Assembly: GCA_964016885.1 (NCBI GenBank) | Contig: OZ024745.1 | Coordinates: forward strand, 28,892,001-28,956,000 | Source of the DNA: Eledone cirrhosa | Lineage: Eukaryota | Direction of reading: 5' to 3' | Length of the DNA stretch: 64,000 nucleotides | Shown here: positions 1 through 12,730 of the stretch, piece by piece | Numbering within the stretch: position 1 is the stretch's first letter | Layout of the letters: each line of letters starts with the position of its first letter | Program-made: the position numbers and the translations under genes | The notes under the pieces: generated by a model | What the model saw: the letters and a program-made list of their open reading frames with translations, nothing else | Databases searched by the model: none | What the model was told of the DNA's origin: nothing

Positions 1-321
1 TGGGGAGGCAGGTTATATAATATGACACACCCTTCACCATCCACATCCACCACACCAACATCATCATTGAATATGTATTGATTTTTATCAATACATATTG
101 ATCACTTAGATTAAGAAAACTATATTGAGAGTAAAGAAAAGAGAAATATCAACAGAAATAGAGAGAGAGAGGGCGTGATTGTATGTGGAAGAGTGAGTGA
201 GACAGAGAGTGAGTGTGTGAGACAGAGAGAAAGGGGTTACTGTTACTATAGAAACACAGTAACAACAGCAACCACAACAAAACTATTTCATGACCACTTC
301 CTAATTGTATATAGACATAAA

Positions 322-360
<39 letters not shown>

Positions 361-768
361 ATACATGCATATATGGATATCTACACTTATTTATTTATTC
401 AAACATCTGCATAAAGTTAGTAAGCCATGACAGATTAGAGAGGTATCTAGTAACTCTTACAGTTAAGAAACAAAAACAAGAGAGAGAGAAAAAAGAAAAG
501 AAAAAAGAGGACAAGAGGCAAAAGAAGATTAAATTAGATTTTAAAAAAGGTGAAAAACAAAGGTAGCTATAAAGCAGCCAAAGTTTTCTGTTAATCTTTT
601 CATAGCCTCAATGTATTGAAACATCTTGTTTATAGTTGTTATAGTTGACAAATCTTTGACAATATATTGCAACTCTAATATCTCGGGTAGTTTTTTAATA
701 AGATATATGTATCATCATCATTATTTTATGTCCGCTTTTCCCTGCTTGCAAGGGTGGATATATATATA

Positions 769-872
769 TAGGAAAATGTTCAAGATCCCAACGGCAGAGC
801 TCGTTTTCCTATTACCCACTCTACTACCCTAAGTATTGAGTACTCTGGTTTCTTATCACACTTCCTTCGTTA
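769..872. mobile_element. Short element in (TA)n; hairpin-deleted copy of the 44179 family
   Basis: ggaaaatgt...acggcagagctc / ttttcctattacccactctactaccctaagtattgagtactctggt matches 44179-44375. Flanked by TA tracts. Confidence 0.7.
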
Positions 873-892
873 TATATATATATATATATATA

Positions 893-1112
893 TCATCATC
901 ATCATTTAATGTCTATCGTCCACGCTAACATGGGTTGGATGGTTTTGTTCCACTTGAGGTGGGATTGGTCGGGAGTCCGTGTCTCGCTTGTACAGAACTG
1001 TCCCTGGCAGGTTTTCTACGGCTGGATGCCCTTCCTAACACCAACCACATTTACAGTGTGGACTGGGAGCCCTTTTACCATGTCTCCTATACGACCACTT
1101 TACAGTGTGGAC
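893..1112 (-). mobile_element. SINE/RTE 3'-tail repeat (aggaagggcatccagccgtagaa family, (ATG)n tail)
   Basis: Shares the core and the catgctagcatgga...ttaaatgatgatg tail with 6050-6425, 1745-2130, 42970-43410 and 43945-44114. Confidence 0.7.
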
Positions 1113-1744
1113 TATATATACATACGTATATATTCTTACATAAATGTTATGTATTTCAGCAGTAAATTGAGGCCAGATATTTCTTCTGAATTAGGAAGGA
1201 GCACCATGTAGAACATCCAGCAAATACCCAATTCCACTAACCAGAATATTAAAGTAACTACAGACTGCCCAACCAAACATCCTGACCATAGACTATTTGT
1301 CTTAGACATAAAACTCTAGCTAGAAACTATGAACAACAAAGTACAAATCCTCCATTCATATTATGCTAAACACGTATCATTGAAGTACCTCATCCACTGA
1401 AGTTCAGCAGTTTCAGATAGCATAAAAATGAACATCTTGATAGTGGGCTTAGTGAAGAATGTGTCCTGTATGTGCACTGCTAAGGAATTAAAGATACACA
1501 TATAACACTTCATTCACTATATGCAGTTTAGCTTTCTGTCGAGGAGAAGCATTACTTACTAGCTTATAAATTTAAAAGTGCTTTAGATAAACTAAAACTT
1601 ACAATTAAGGTAGTATAGAAACCAGGTGTCTCAATCAAATCCCTAATCAGCAGAACTACCCATTTAAGACCCCCCCCCCATTCTCCCATACTGACTAAAA
1701 TTGCGTAGTATGAAAGATAAACCCACAGATAATTGTAAAAGTAA

Positions 1745-2130
1745 AAATGTTGTAAAGTGGTTGGTGATAGGAAGGGCATTCAGCCGTAAAAAGATTGCCA
1801 AACAAAGGGCTGGGAGGACTCTTTAGCTGTGTCAAGGAATTGACAACTTTCCTAGTGTTGGTGATATGAAGGGCATTCAGCCATAGAAAGCTGCCAAACA
1901 AAGAGTTGGGAGGATTCCTCTGTCTCAAAAACATGATAACCTCTCTAATGCTAACGTGATGGTAAAATGCACTTGGTAGAACGTGGGACCGTATGTAAGC
2001 AAGATATGGACCCCACCCGGCCTGTCTGGGAGATCAGTAACACTGCTTCAGTACTGACTATGTCTGTGAAGACCTGGCCAACTCTTGCTTGCAGGGAAAG
2101 AAGATATTCAATGATGATGATGATGATGAT
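1745..2130 (+). mobile_element. SINE with duplicated core and RTE-like (ATG)n tail
   Basis: Two tandem gaagggcattcagcc...ccaaacaaa units, colinear with 42970-43410. Confidence 0.7.
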
Positions 2131-2435
2131 GAGTATAACATTAGGCATACAAAGGGACATTGTATGAACACGACTATGATGTATGTAGAAGAAACAGCCC
2201 TGTAGTGCAGGAGAAAGGATGAAGGAGCACTGATAGATATTCAAAGACAAGAAACACTCGTTGGTGTAATATGCTAAAATAGAGTATGATGGCTCACTGG
2301 AAAACATCAAGGTAGAAATAATACCTACAGACAGGGCTTGAACCAACAACAATGTTTAGGCACATAGGAATGGACACACATACATAAAGATAAGAAACGA
2401 CATACAAAGGCTGATGGGAGGTTACCAGAGTATCA

Positions 2436-4750
2436 GCATCATCATCATCATCATCACCGTTTAACATCTATCTTCCACGCTAGCATGGGTTTAGACGGGA
2501 ATTGTCCTACTTGAGGCAAGATTGGTCGGGTAACCATGTCTCGCTCATATAGGACTGTCTGGCAGGTTTTCTACGACTGGATGCCCTTCCTAACACCAAC
2601 CACGTTTACAGTGTGGACTGGGAGGTTTTTACCATGTTACTTACATGGCCACATTACAGCATGGACTGTGTATTTTTTTTTGTTGTGACACCTACACGAC
2701 CTCAGTTATTTTGGACTGGATGTTGTGGTACCAACATAACTTTACATGGTGTTGGTGGGAGTTGGAGGTGGAGTAGGGGTAGTGGGTGGGGTGTATATTT
2801 GGTTAAGAGGTTTCATCTAGATCAATTCGCTCTCTGATTAACTGCGTTATAACTCTTTCTGTGACCTTCATGACCTGGTCAACCAATTTAATGCCTCTAT
2901 AGTTTCCCCTATCTAGGGCATCTCCTTTACCCTTGTAGCAGTTAATGATGATGCTGCTACGCCAGTCATTTGGTATGACCTCATTCTGTATGACTTGGTT
3001 TACTATCCGGGTGACCATAGTGTGTCCAACCATTCCAGATGCTTTCAGCATTTCAGAATCTCTGAAGGCCCAGCTGCCTTGCCTGTCTTCATATCTTTGA
3101 TTGCCTTACTTATTATACTACCTTTAACTTGCACTGCTGGTCCTTCTATTGGATCGATTTGGGGCAGACTATCTTTTTCCCATTTATTCTCCTCATTTAA
3201 TAGTCTCTCGTAGTGACACTTCCAGGCTATCTTCTTATCAGTATCAGTGAGCGCAAGTACACCATCATCATTACGGACACACTTCTCCCCGACAATATCA
3301 TGGTTTTCCTTGACACATTGTCTTGCAATCCTGAACACCGCATGTTTTTGGTCCTCGCGTTGTAGAACATGCTTGAACTTTTTTCCTCTGCTTCCCTTCT
3401 TGCAAAGTACACTTGTCTCCTAGCTTCTCTCCTGGCCACTTGATAGTGTTCTCTACTTTCCCCATCCCGCCATACTTTCCAAGCCTGATTTTTGGCCTTG
3501 ATTGACTCCTCCACCTTACTGTTCCACCACCAAGTTACTCTCCTCCTGCCTATAGGTCTGCTCCAGCCACAGATTTTGTCTGTTGTCTTCAGCAGGTTAA
3601 CTTTCAGGAATTCCCACTGTTCCTCTATATTGTACGTCTCTAATTGCTCTTCCTTACTGTCAAAAGCATCAAGTTTGATTTTAAATTTATTACTGGTTAT
3701 GGGGTCCTTTAACTTCCATATTCTTCTCCTCAGGGTAGTCCTCCTCTGTTGTTGAGTACGTCTAGTCGTGACTATGAGGTCACTAACTATGAGGCTATGT
3801 TGGGAGGTGCATTCTTCATGGGGGAGGGATTTAGTCTTTACGACAGACACTCTATCATGTCTTCTGGTACGATATAATCTATCTGACTATTGTGTTCCCC
3901 TGTTCTGATCAAGTGATTGTCCCGTTTTTTGAAGTTTGTGTTACAGATAGTTAGGCTATTAGAGTTACAGAATTCCAGGATTCTGAAGCCTTCTTCATTT
4001 CTAGTACCAAACCCATAGCCTCCATGGATTTCGCCATAGCCGTCACAATGTTGTCCATTTAGGTCGCCAGCAATAATTATGTAGTCACTGTCGGTTATTT
4101 GGGAGGTAGCGAGCATTAGCGACTCATAGAATCTGTCTTTTATAACGCCAGGTAGTCCAGATTGGAGTGCATAAGCGGATATTATTGTCACAGTAGTTCT
4201 GTTTAGGACTAGTCTTATTTTAATTATTCTGTCGTTCACTCTATTTACGGCAATTACCTTATCTACCCATTTTTCTGCTAACATAATTCCTACTCCACTC
4301 AGCCCATTGTCATTTCCCACCCAGAAAAGTTTATAACATCGTTTTTTTACCCACATTGAATCTAGCAGACCCACCCCTCCACCTAGTCTCTTGAACACAA
4401 CAAACATCAACTTCCTTATGTTCAAGCATCTCTACAACCTCATTTGAGCGACCTTTTAAGATGCCTACATTCATGGTACCAACTCTGAAGTTTTGGATTT
4501 CGTTTGGTGGGTGGAAGGGATGGGTTGGAGGCGCAGGGAGGGGTGAGAGAGATGGGGTTATGTTAGCCATCCGTGTGTGAAATAAAGAGGAGTCCTTGCA
4601 TTCTTGTCTGGCCACAGGAGCTGAATTTATCTTTATCTTTGATATTGACATTGAGTGTTCACATTCTTCAGACTCTCCAAATCCTGTAGTCCATCTAACA
4701 TATCGAAAAGCAACCCGGTCTAAACTTAAGGAGTAATAGCCGAGACGGTG
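2436..4750 (-). mobile_element. RTE-clade LINE, frameshifted, internally deleted (APE endonuclease + RT N-terminus + 3'UTR)
   Basis: APE motifs VCCVQETRW, AGDLNG, QIDYI. RT start PNDWRSSII..YKGKGD..NYRGIKL. The sequence then jumps at ~2802 to a 3'UTR matching 6050-6425 and an (ATG)n tail. Confidence 0.9.
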
Positions 4751-5416
4751 GTTTTGTGAAAGAGATTGGTAAGAGAAACATATTATAAGCTGCTGAATTA
4801 TGATTGGACCAAATATTAATGGTGGCGTGGGGTGTGGTGGGGTGGGGGGAATGGTGGTGTGTGGGGAAATGGGAAAGTTAACGAGCAGATTAATTTTTCT
4901 AAAGGTCCTATAGATTTGACCATAATTATGAGAAGTTAAACGAGAAGTTTAATATAAATACTGATAGGTAAATAGACCAAGAATGTTGGAGAGACAAGAA
5001 AATGAAGTGAAAATACATTACATTTCTCAACACGACAATTCAGCAACAGAGAAACTTTTGGGAATAACCATATATAAAGACACACACACACAAGCAATCA
5101 CACACATGCACACACACACATATGCATACCACATACACAAACATACCGCACACATACACACCACAGAAAGACAAGATGGAGTAACCAGAATAAAATCAAA
5201 ATGAAAAGGAGACACTGAGGATGAAAATAGTTGAGAAGGTCATAAAATAACCATGCAGTTACTAAACTAACCAAGGAATGGATTTGTTAGCTGACTAATA
5301 ATAAAACTGAAGTTACATCAAGAGGTGTGTGTGTGATTTTATTGGTAGTATGACTCTCTTAAAGTTTAACACATATATGTATATATATGTGTGTGTGTGT
5401 GTATATTGTATATATA

Positions 5417-5459
<43 letters not shown>

Positions 5460-5460
<1 letters not shown>

Positions 5461-5636
5461 ATATAGAACAGGCTTCTACAGGACTAGAACTGTTTCATTT
5501 GGGAGAAATCATCAGGGAGCCCATGATTTCACCTGAATGAAACAGTTCTAGTCCTGTTCTATATTAAATATTTATACTCTGCTTTGTATTGAGTACCTTC
5601 CTTACTGTGGTTACCCCAGATTGAACCTGGGATATA
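5460..5636. mobile_element. Fold-back element family A (hairpin + tail) in (TA)n
   Basis: Arms aggactagaactgtttcatt / aatgaaacagttctagtcct. Homologous to 7127-7228 and 62512-62700. Confidence 0.75.
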
Positions 5637-5749
5637 CTTATATATATAACCCATGCTAGCATGGAAGAACGAACATAAAACGGTGATGATGATATATATA
5701 TATATATATCATCATGCTCCGTTGGATGTGTAATAGTAATATACGTGAA

Positions 5750-6425
5750 CAGCAAAGCATAAATGAACTAAGTGAGAAATTAGGAATAAGAGGGATCAGA
5801 TGATGTTTACTCGAGAGAAGACTACGTTGGTATGGTCACGTGATGCGCATGAAAGACGACAGCTGTATAAAAAAGTGCAGGGCGATCAAAATAGATGGAA
5901 GCTACGGAGTAGGCAGACCCAGAAAAACCTGGGACGATTTGATAAATTCTGACCTTACACACTTACACCTCTCCAAGACAATGTCACTGGACCGAGATCT
6001 TTGGCGCTATGCAGTAATACAGAAGACCCGTCTTGACTAAGTACAAAACGAAAACCTACAGTCAGTAGGCACCTCCTAACCAAAATTACACCCCCATCCC
6101 ACTACCCCTACCCCACCCTTTCTCTGTAAAGTTAGGTTGGTACCACAACATCCAGTCCTAAATAAATGAGGTCGTGTAGGTGTCACGACAAAAAAAACAC
6201 ATAGTCCACGGTGTAATATGGCCGTGTAGGTGACACGGTAAAAACCTCCCAGTCCGCACTGTAAACGTGGTTGGTGTTAGGAAGGGCATCCAGTCGTAGA
6301 AAACCTGCCAGACAGTCCCATACGAGCAAGACAACCAATCTTGCCTCAAGTGGGACAATTCCCATCTAAACCTATGCTAGTGTGGAAGATAGATGTTAAA
6401 TGATGATGATGATGATGATGATAAT
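5750..6425 (+). mobile_element. 5'-truncated RTE LINE 3' end
   Basis: RRLRWYGHVMRM...GRPRKTWDD C-terminus, then the 3'UTR and an (ATG)n tail. Confidence 0.88.
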
Positions 6426-6427
6426 AA

Positions 6428-6484
<57 letters not shown>

Positions 6485-6499
6485 AGTGACACACGAGTT

Positions 6500-6757
6500 G
6501 ATATATATAATATTAAAAAAGAAAAAAACAGTAGAAAATGCTAAAGGGATTTTCCCTCAGAATAACAGCAAAACATTTATTTACAAAATAGGAATTTTTG
6601 CATTTGTAACAGTTTCAGCTTATAGGCTTCTTCATACAACGGAAGTGTATAATGCAAATAATGCGGAAATTTCTATTTTGTAAATAAATGTTTTGCTGTT
6701 ATTCTGAGAGAAAATCCCTTTAGCATTTTCTACTGCTTTTTGTTTTTTGATATTATA
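6500..6757. mobile_element. Fold-back element family B with degenerate hammerhead in the loop (minus strand)
   Basis: ~90-bp inverted arms (6505-6597 / 6668-6755), homologous to 46325-47105. Confidence 0.75.
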
Positions 6758-6796
6758 TATATATACACACACACACACATATATATATTAATATAT

Positions 6797-7111
6797 ATAC
6801 TCTCAGGTCTTGAATAATCGCACCTGCTTATTAATTTTTCAGAACCCCACCTGCTTTTATTCTAAGCTTATTAAATTTTGCTAATCTATCTTTGACGAAA
6901 TTTTGTTGTAAGTGATTCATATTGATACAGCAGCTGGAGAATCTAATAATAATTTTATTTTAAATTAAAAAACATTATATGTGAAAAAAAAAGAACATTA
7001 CAAGAAATCCCATATTTACGAACGTACACTATACAATTGCTGATCCCACCCCACCGCTTATAAGAATTTAAGCAAATGTCCCCCCCCCCCCATTATGTGG
7101 ACCCAAGATTA
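6797..7111. mobile_element. Possible decayed TA-flanked MITE
   Basis: Imperfect terminal inverted repeats tactctcaggtcttgaataa / ttatgtggacccaagatta between TA tracts. Confidence 0.35.
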
Positions 7112-7249
7112 TATATATATATATATGTCCTAGGTTCAATTGTGGGTAACCACAGTAACTAAGGTCCTCAATACATTAGAGTGTTTAATATAGAAATGGC
7201 TTCTACAGGACTAGAACTGTTTCATTCAAAAAAAAAAAAAGAAATTGAA

Positions 7250-7472
7250 AAAGCAAGTGGAGTTTTTAAGAAGTTATATTTTCAATAACTTACAACTTTA
7301 CCGATTTCACAAGTTTCATGTTTTCAAAAGTTAGCAGAGATGGAGAGATGTGTTGTTATGTCGTATCATGTATCTCTCCATCTCTGTTAACTTTTGAAAA
7401 TCATGAAACTTGTGAAACCAGTAAAGTTATAAGTTGTTGGAAATAAACCTTCCTAAAGACTCCAATTGCATT
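7250..7472. mobile_element. Fold-back element family C, degenerate hammerhead in both arms
   Basis: ~100-bp imperfect inverted arms around a ~20-nt loop at 7351-7371. Confidence 0.75.
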
Positions 7473-7554
7473 TTAAACCTCTTCTTCCTATATTTTTACC
7501 TGTGTAGGATATATTTAAAGAAAAAAACTTACTTTTGAATATATATATATATAT

Positions 7555-7742
7555 AATTGTTTCTACTTTAGGCACAAGGCCAGCAATTACCCAGTGCATT
7601 ACTAGTACTTTATTTTATCGACCCCGTAAGGATGAAAGGCAAAGTCAACCTCGGTGGGATTTGAACTCAGATCATAAAGGGACGTAACTATGCTGGAAAG
7701 CATGGCGTCCGACCCTCTACCGATACTGCCAATCCACCGCCT
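7555..7742 (-). mobile_element. tRNA-derived SINE (gccttt catcc...gggtcgataaa core, MetaSINE-like)
   Basis: B-box-like gagttcaaatccc. Near-identical copies at 11218, 11410, 23657, 44973, 48665 and 53808. Family name is from recall only. Confidence 0.8.
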
Positions 7743-8112
7743 TGAATATATATATATATATAATATGACCAATTACACACATACACAAATTAAAAAAATC
7801 ATGAAAGGACACATACAACTACACAGCCCTCCCTATACACCCAACCTACATACACATGCATACAATAAAGATAATACACACACACATCAGAGAAAACATG
7901 AATGGACACATACAACCTTCAGCATACAAACATAACCATGTTTACACACCCACATACTGAAGTATAACCACATTCACACATAAACACCTACATACATAAA
8001 GTGTTGTCTGTGTTGAACAATGAAAACAAAAAAGACAAGATTCAGTGCTTAATTAATCCACTGTTTTACATTTGAAAGAGAGAAATAAACCATGATATTA
8101 TTGATTTAGTGA

Positions 8113-8187
<75 letters not shown>

Positions 8188-8319
8188 AATGGGTAGATAT
8201 ACAGGTGACAACTACATTCGTACATACACACAGGTACCATCCACATAGATGACAACGACATTCACATACACACATATAGCAACCACACTCATATATACAC
8301 ACAAGTGTAATGACATAAT

Positions 8320-10262
8320 TCATCATCATCATAATCATTGCATGTCTTGCTTTCCATGTTGGCATGGGTTAGACAAGTTGTCACTGTCTGTGACTAGACT
8401 GGGAAGAGTGACTCATCCTGCTCATACATTCCATATTTCGCATGGTTTCTACAACTGCATATCTTTCCTAAAGTCAACTACCTTACAGAGTGTACATGGT
8501 GTGTTTTTATGGCACTAGCCCTACCATTTTATAGAGTGGACTGGATGCATTTTATCATGGCAACAGCACTAGAAAGTTTGTCAAACCCTCGATTGTCACC
8601 ATTCAATAACCAAACACTGTAGTATCCAGTCTCTTAATGTTTATTTTTAGTGTTACAGTACTTGTACTGGTGGACTGGTCTTTTGTATTATGGCATATTG
8701 CCAGTCAGCAGTCAGCTCAATCCTGTGTCACCTCCTTCATGAGGTTCAATTTCCTGATATCATACCTTACAACATCATTCCATGCCTTCCAAGGTCTACC
8801 ACAGGTTCATCCATTTCAATTATTAGACAACTTCTCATGCTTTCTTTATGCATCACATGACCATACCAGCACAATTGTCTCTCTAGCACACTACATTCAA
8901 TTCCTCTTGTACTCAACTTTTTTTCTCAGTTCACTCATCCAGTGAAGCATACATGCTTCATTTCCTTTTAATTACCTCAAATCTTCTGCACTCAAGGCCA
9001 ATGTCTTGATGCCACATAGCATAGCAGTTTGAACACAAGTATAATATAATCCACCTATCAGTCTAAGTGAGAAACCATTTGTTGCAGAGGTAACAGATCC
9101 CTGAACTTCCACCCTGTTCTCATTCTGGCTACAACACTTTCAGTTCACTCACCTACAATGCTAATAATTTCCTCTAGATGGCAAAATCTATCTACTACTT
9201 CTAGTGAGCCTTCTGAGCATTTGAGGAGTTCATTTCTCGAGTACTCTTACTGTTGACTACTTCTGTGCACTTGTCACATGTGAAGTCTACCTTCTCTGTC
9301 AGACTATCTGTGACTTCACTACATCTTGTGTGTGACCACTGTCCACACTAGGAACATTCTATAGTTTCTTGTTGCTCCTTTTCAGCATATTGAACATGGC
9401 CTAGTGTTGGACTTAGGATCATAATGTTGTGGGTTCAATTCCTGGACTGGATTGTGTGTTGTTTTCTTGAGCAAAACACTTCATTTCACATTGCTCTATT
9501 ATTCTCAGCTGAAAATGAGTACCAGCAATGAGTACCAGTTTAACCCTGTAATGGACAGATATCCTGTACAGCTTCACACCATGGAAACCAGGCTAAGCAC
9601 CGGCTGATGAGACTCTGGGCTCAAAATTTACCTGATGGTATCAGAATCCTATGTACTTTCCTATTTACTAAAACTTTAGTTTCTGCTAAGTTTCTTCTGA
9701 GATTCTTTGATTCTAAATTTTATTTCCATGTCTGGAATTTCTGCACTAGTTCTACAGTTTCTGCTATGAGAACTAGATAATCAGCTTATAGAAGTTCACA
9801 TAGACATCCAGTCTTAAATTCCTATTATGGCCTGGAGGACTATAATGACCAGGAGGGGGCTGAGAACTGATTTTTGATGGTCACCTATCTGTATGCTAAA
9901 TTCCTCACTACATTCGTTGTTAATCCTTACCTTGCTGACTGCGCCACTGTACCTGATCTTCTATCCCCAGTTTCCTCAGTGCCCATTAGATTACAAATCA
10001 TGGGACTCTGTCAAAAACCTTTTCTCAGTCAACAAATGCTAATTATAGGAGCTTAGTCTTAACTAAGTACCTCCTGCATTTGAATCACTAGGAAAATGGC
10101 ATTGGTAATGCTTCTCCTTGGCAGAAGGCCAAACTACATCTAACTAAGATTAATTCTATCCCTAATCAACTTTGTTTTCACCCTTTCTGAAACCTTCATA
10201 ACCTGATCTAACAATTTGATGTCTCTCTAATTTCCACTCTCTTATGCATCTCCTTTATCTAT
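8320..10262 (-). mobile_element. Highly decayed RTE LINE (RT region to 3' tail), interrupted by a SINE
   Basis: Minus-strand remnants DAIFLV, CVQTAMLCG and GRPWKAW. The 3' tail ends at (CAT)n near 8320. Confidence 0.65.
9405..9630 (+). mobile_element. tRNA-derived SINE, second family (ttcttgagcaaaacacttcatttcac core)
   Basis: ggttcaattcc B-box. Copies at 10860-10985(-), 15130-15340(+) and 25270-25520(+). Confidence 0.7.
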
Positions 10263-11217
10263 CTTAGATCATTGGTCTGCCTGTGACTAAACAACAACAC
10301 CTAAGATTTTAGTATACTACTCCTCATGAACATGACTACCTGATCCCTGATAAGACAGGATGGTAATGGCTGGAACACCTATGATCATAGATTTGCTCAA
10401 TCAGGTGCTAAACAATAACACTTACCACCTCAGTACACCTGAAAAAGATGGGATGGCCATGGCTAGAGTGCCTTTGATCATAGATCTGCTTAATCAGGAC
10501 TGACGTGGGTCTAAACAATGATATCAACTACCCTGGTACATAATAATACATGATAGTACACCATTCCAGGACATGACTATACATGACAGTACAGATCACT
10601 AACATGAATGGAGAGATAAATGCACCACCACTGACAGAGGCGAGATTTGAACTCACAACATAAGAGTCTGTAACTTAGCTGACCTCATACTAGTGTTACA
10701 TCTCATATGAGGTTTCTTGGGTGTTTTAAAGATAGGGGCTCCTGTCCTATCATATTATTGTTGTTACAGCTTACACCTATGCAGAATTAGTTGTCTCCCA
10801 CCCCAGAGGTTACATTTCATAGGAGGTTTCTTGAGTATTTTAATTATAGGAATTTCAGTTCTATCAAGCAAAGCAACATGAAATGAGATGTCTTGTTCAA
10901 TAACCCAACACACCATCCAGTCCAGGAATTGATACCACAGTTTATGATTGTGAATCCACAAGCCTAACAACTCTAGACCATACAACAGTCCTTATTGGTT
11001 TCTAACAGAACCACAAGTATTGTGAAGAGGAGAGGGAGGAGAGTAGCTAGTAATATCGAGCTGGTAAGAAAATGATATATCGACCCTTCGAAAAGAAAGT
11101 TAATCTTGGCAGAAGTTGAAATCATAACGTAAAGGAACATACAGCTCGGTGCTCAACTCATTATGATAATGATAAGACTATCAACATCTGATTTACCGAT
11201 TCTTATAAATAATACAT

Positions 11218-11592
11218 GAGGGTGTATCGGTAGAGGGTCGGATGCCATACTTTGACGTATAGAGTTACGTCCCTTGCCATTCTGAGTTCAAATCACGCCG
11301 AGATTAACTTTGACTTTCATCCTTACGGGGTCGATAAAATAAAGTACCAGTAATACACAAGGTAATTGCTGGCCTTGTGCCCAAAGTAGAAACAATTATT
11401 ATGAATACAGGGCGGTGGATTGGCAGTATCGGTAGAGGGTCGGACGCTATGCTTTGATGCATAGAGTTACGGCCCTTTCCAATCTGAGTTCAAATCCCGC
11501 CGAGGTTAACTTTGCCTTTCATCCTTACGGGGTCGATAAAATAAAGTACCAGTAATGCACTGGCCTTGTGCCAAAAGTAGAAACAGTTATTA
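11218..11592 (+). mobile_element. Two tandem copies of the tRNA-derived SINE
   Basis: 11218-11400 and 11410-11592 are colinear, each ending in gtagaaacaattatt-like sequence. Confidence 0.8.
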
Positions 11593-11737
11593 TTATGAAT
11601 ACATTATTTGAAGTGTGGTGGATTTGACAGTCTTAAGAACGTCAGATAAATATGTAAGAGTAAATTACTAGGGTCGATAAAATCGGCTTTCCCTTCCCCA
11701 TAAATTACTGGCCTTGTGCCCACTTTAGAAACTATAT

Positions 11738-12175
11738 GGATGATGATGATGATAATGATGATGACGATGATGATGATGGTGGTGGTGGTGGTGGTGATGA
11801 GGATAATGATACTGATAATGATGAGGATGATGATGATGATGACGACAACAAAAGGCAAAATGTCAAGTTGTTCTCAGCTGAACACTTCAATGATCAGACA
11901 TTCTGTATAACTGGTATTGATAACATTCATAATATGATTATGATCATGATGATGATAGTGGTGGTGGAGGTGGCGGGTTGCTAGTAGAAATTGTAGTGTT
12001 GCGTTGGAAGTGAAAGTGGTAGTAATGATGGTGGTGATGGTGATGGAAGTAGTGATGGTATGATGGTGGTGGAAGATAGTACTGGTGTTGGGGTAGTAGT
12101 ATAGGTAGTGGTAGCGATGGTAGCGATGGTTGTGATGGTAGCAACCGCAATAACACTGCGCTAACACAGATTGAT

Positions 12176-12248
<73 letters not shown>

Positions 12249-12730
12249 AAAATACATACACATTGCATACACGTACAAACACGACAATAGTGTTGATGAT
12301 GATAAAGACGTTAATAGTTGGTTATGATGATAATAATAATGGCGAATGTGATGTTGGTGATGATGATTGTTATGTTGCCGATGGTTATTATGATGTTAAT
12401 AATAATAAACCGGCGATGGTAATGTTGTTGGCGATGATGATGAATATGATGATTAAGGTGATGGTAGTGTTGGTGCTAGTAATACAGGTGATGATGATGA
12501 TGATATTTATAATACTGGTGATGGTAATATTGTAGGCAATGATGTTGATTAGGTTGATGCTGGCGATAGTGTTACTGTTAACGATGATGATGGTGATGTT
12601 GTTAACGATGATGATGGTTATGTTAATATAAGGGATGTTGATTCTACTGATGTTAATGATCATGATGATAATGTTAATAACAGAAAAAATGTTGATGGTG
12701 TTTTTGTTAACATTGATGATGATGATGGCG
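11738..12730. repeat. Degenerate (ATG/GTG)n trinucleotide region with a (CA)n tract
   Basis: Seen directly in the sequence. Confidence 0.85.

Noticed and set aside
3838-4651. Host 'craniofacial development protein 2-like' gene
   Set aside because: It is the frameshifted APE domain of an RTE LINE.
11410-11500. tRNA gene
   Set aside because: The A/B-box-like head belongs to a multi-copy SINE, and no complete cloverleaf was seen.
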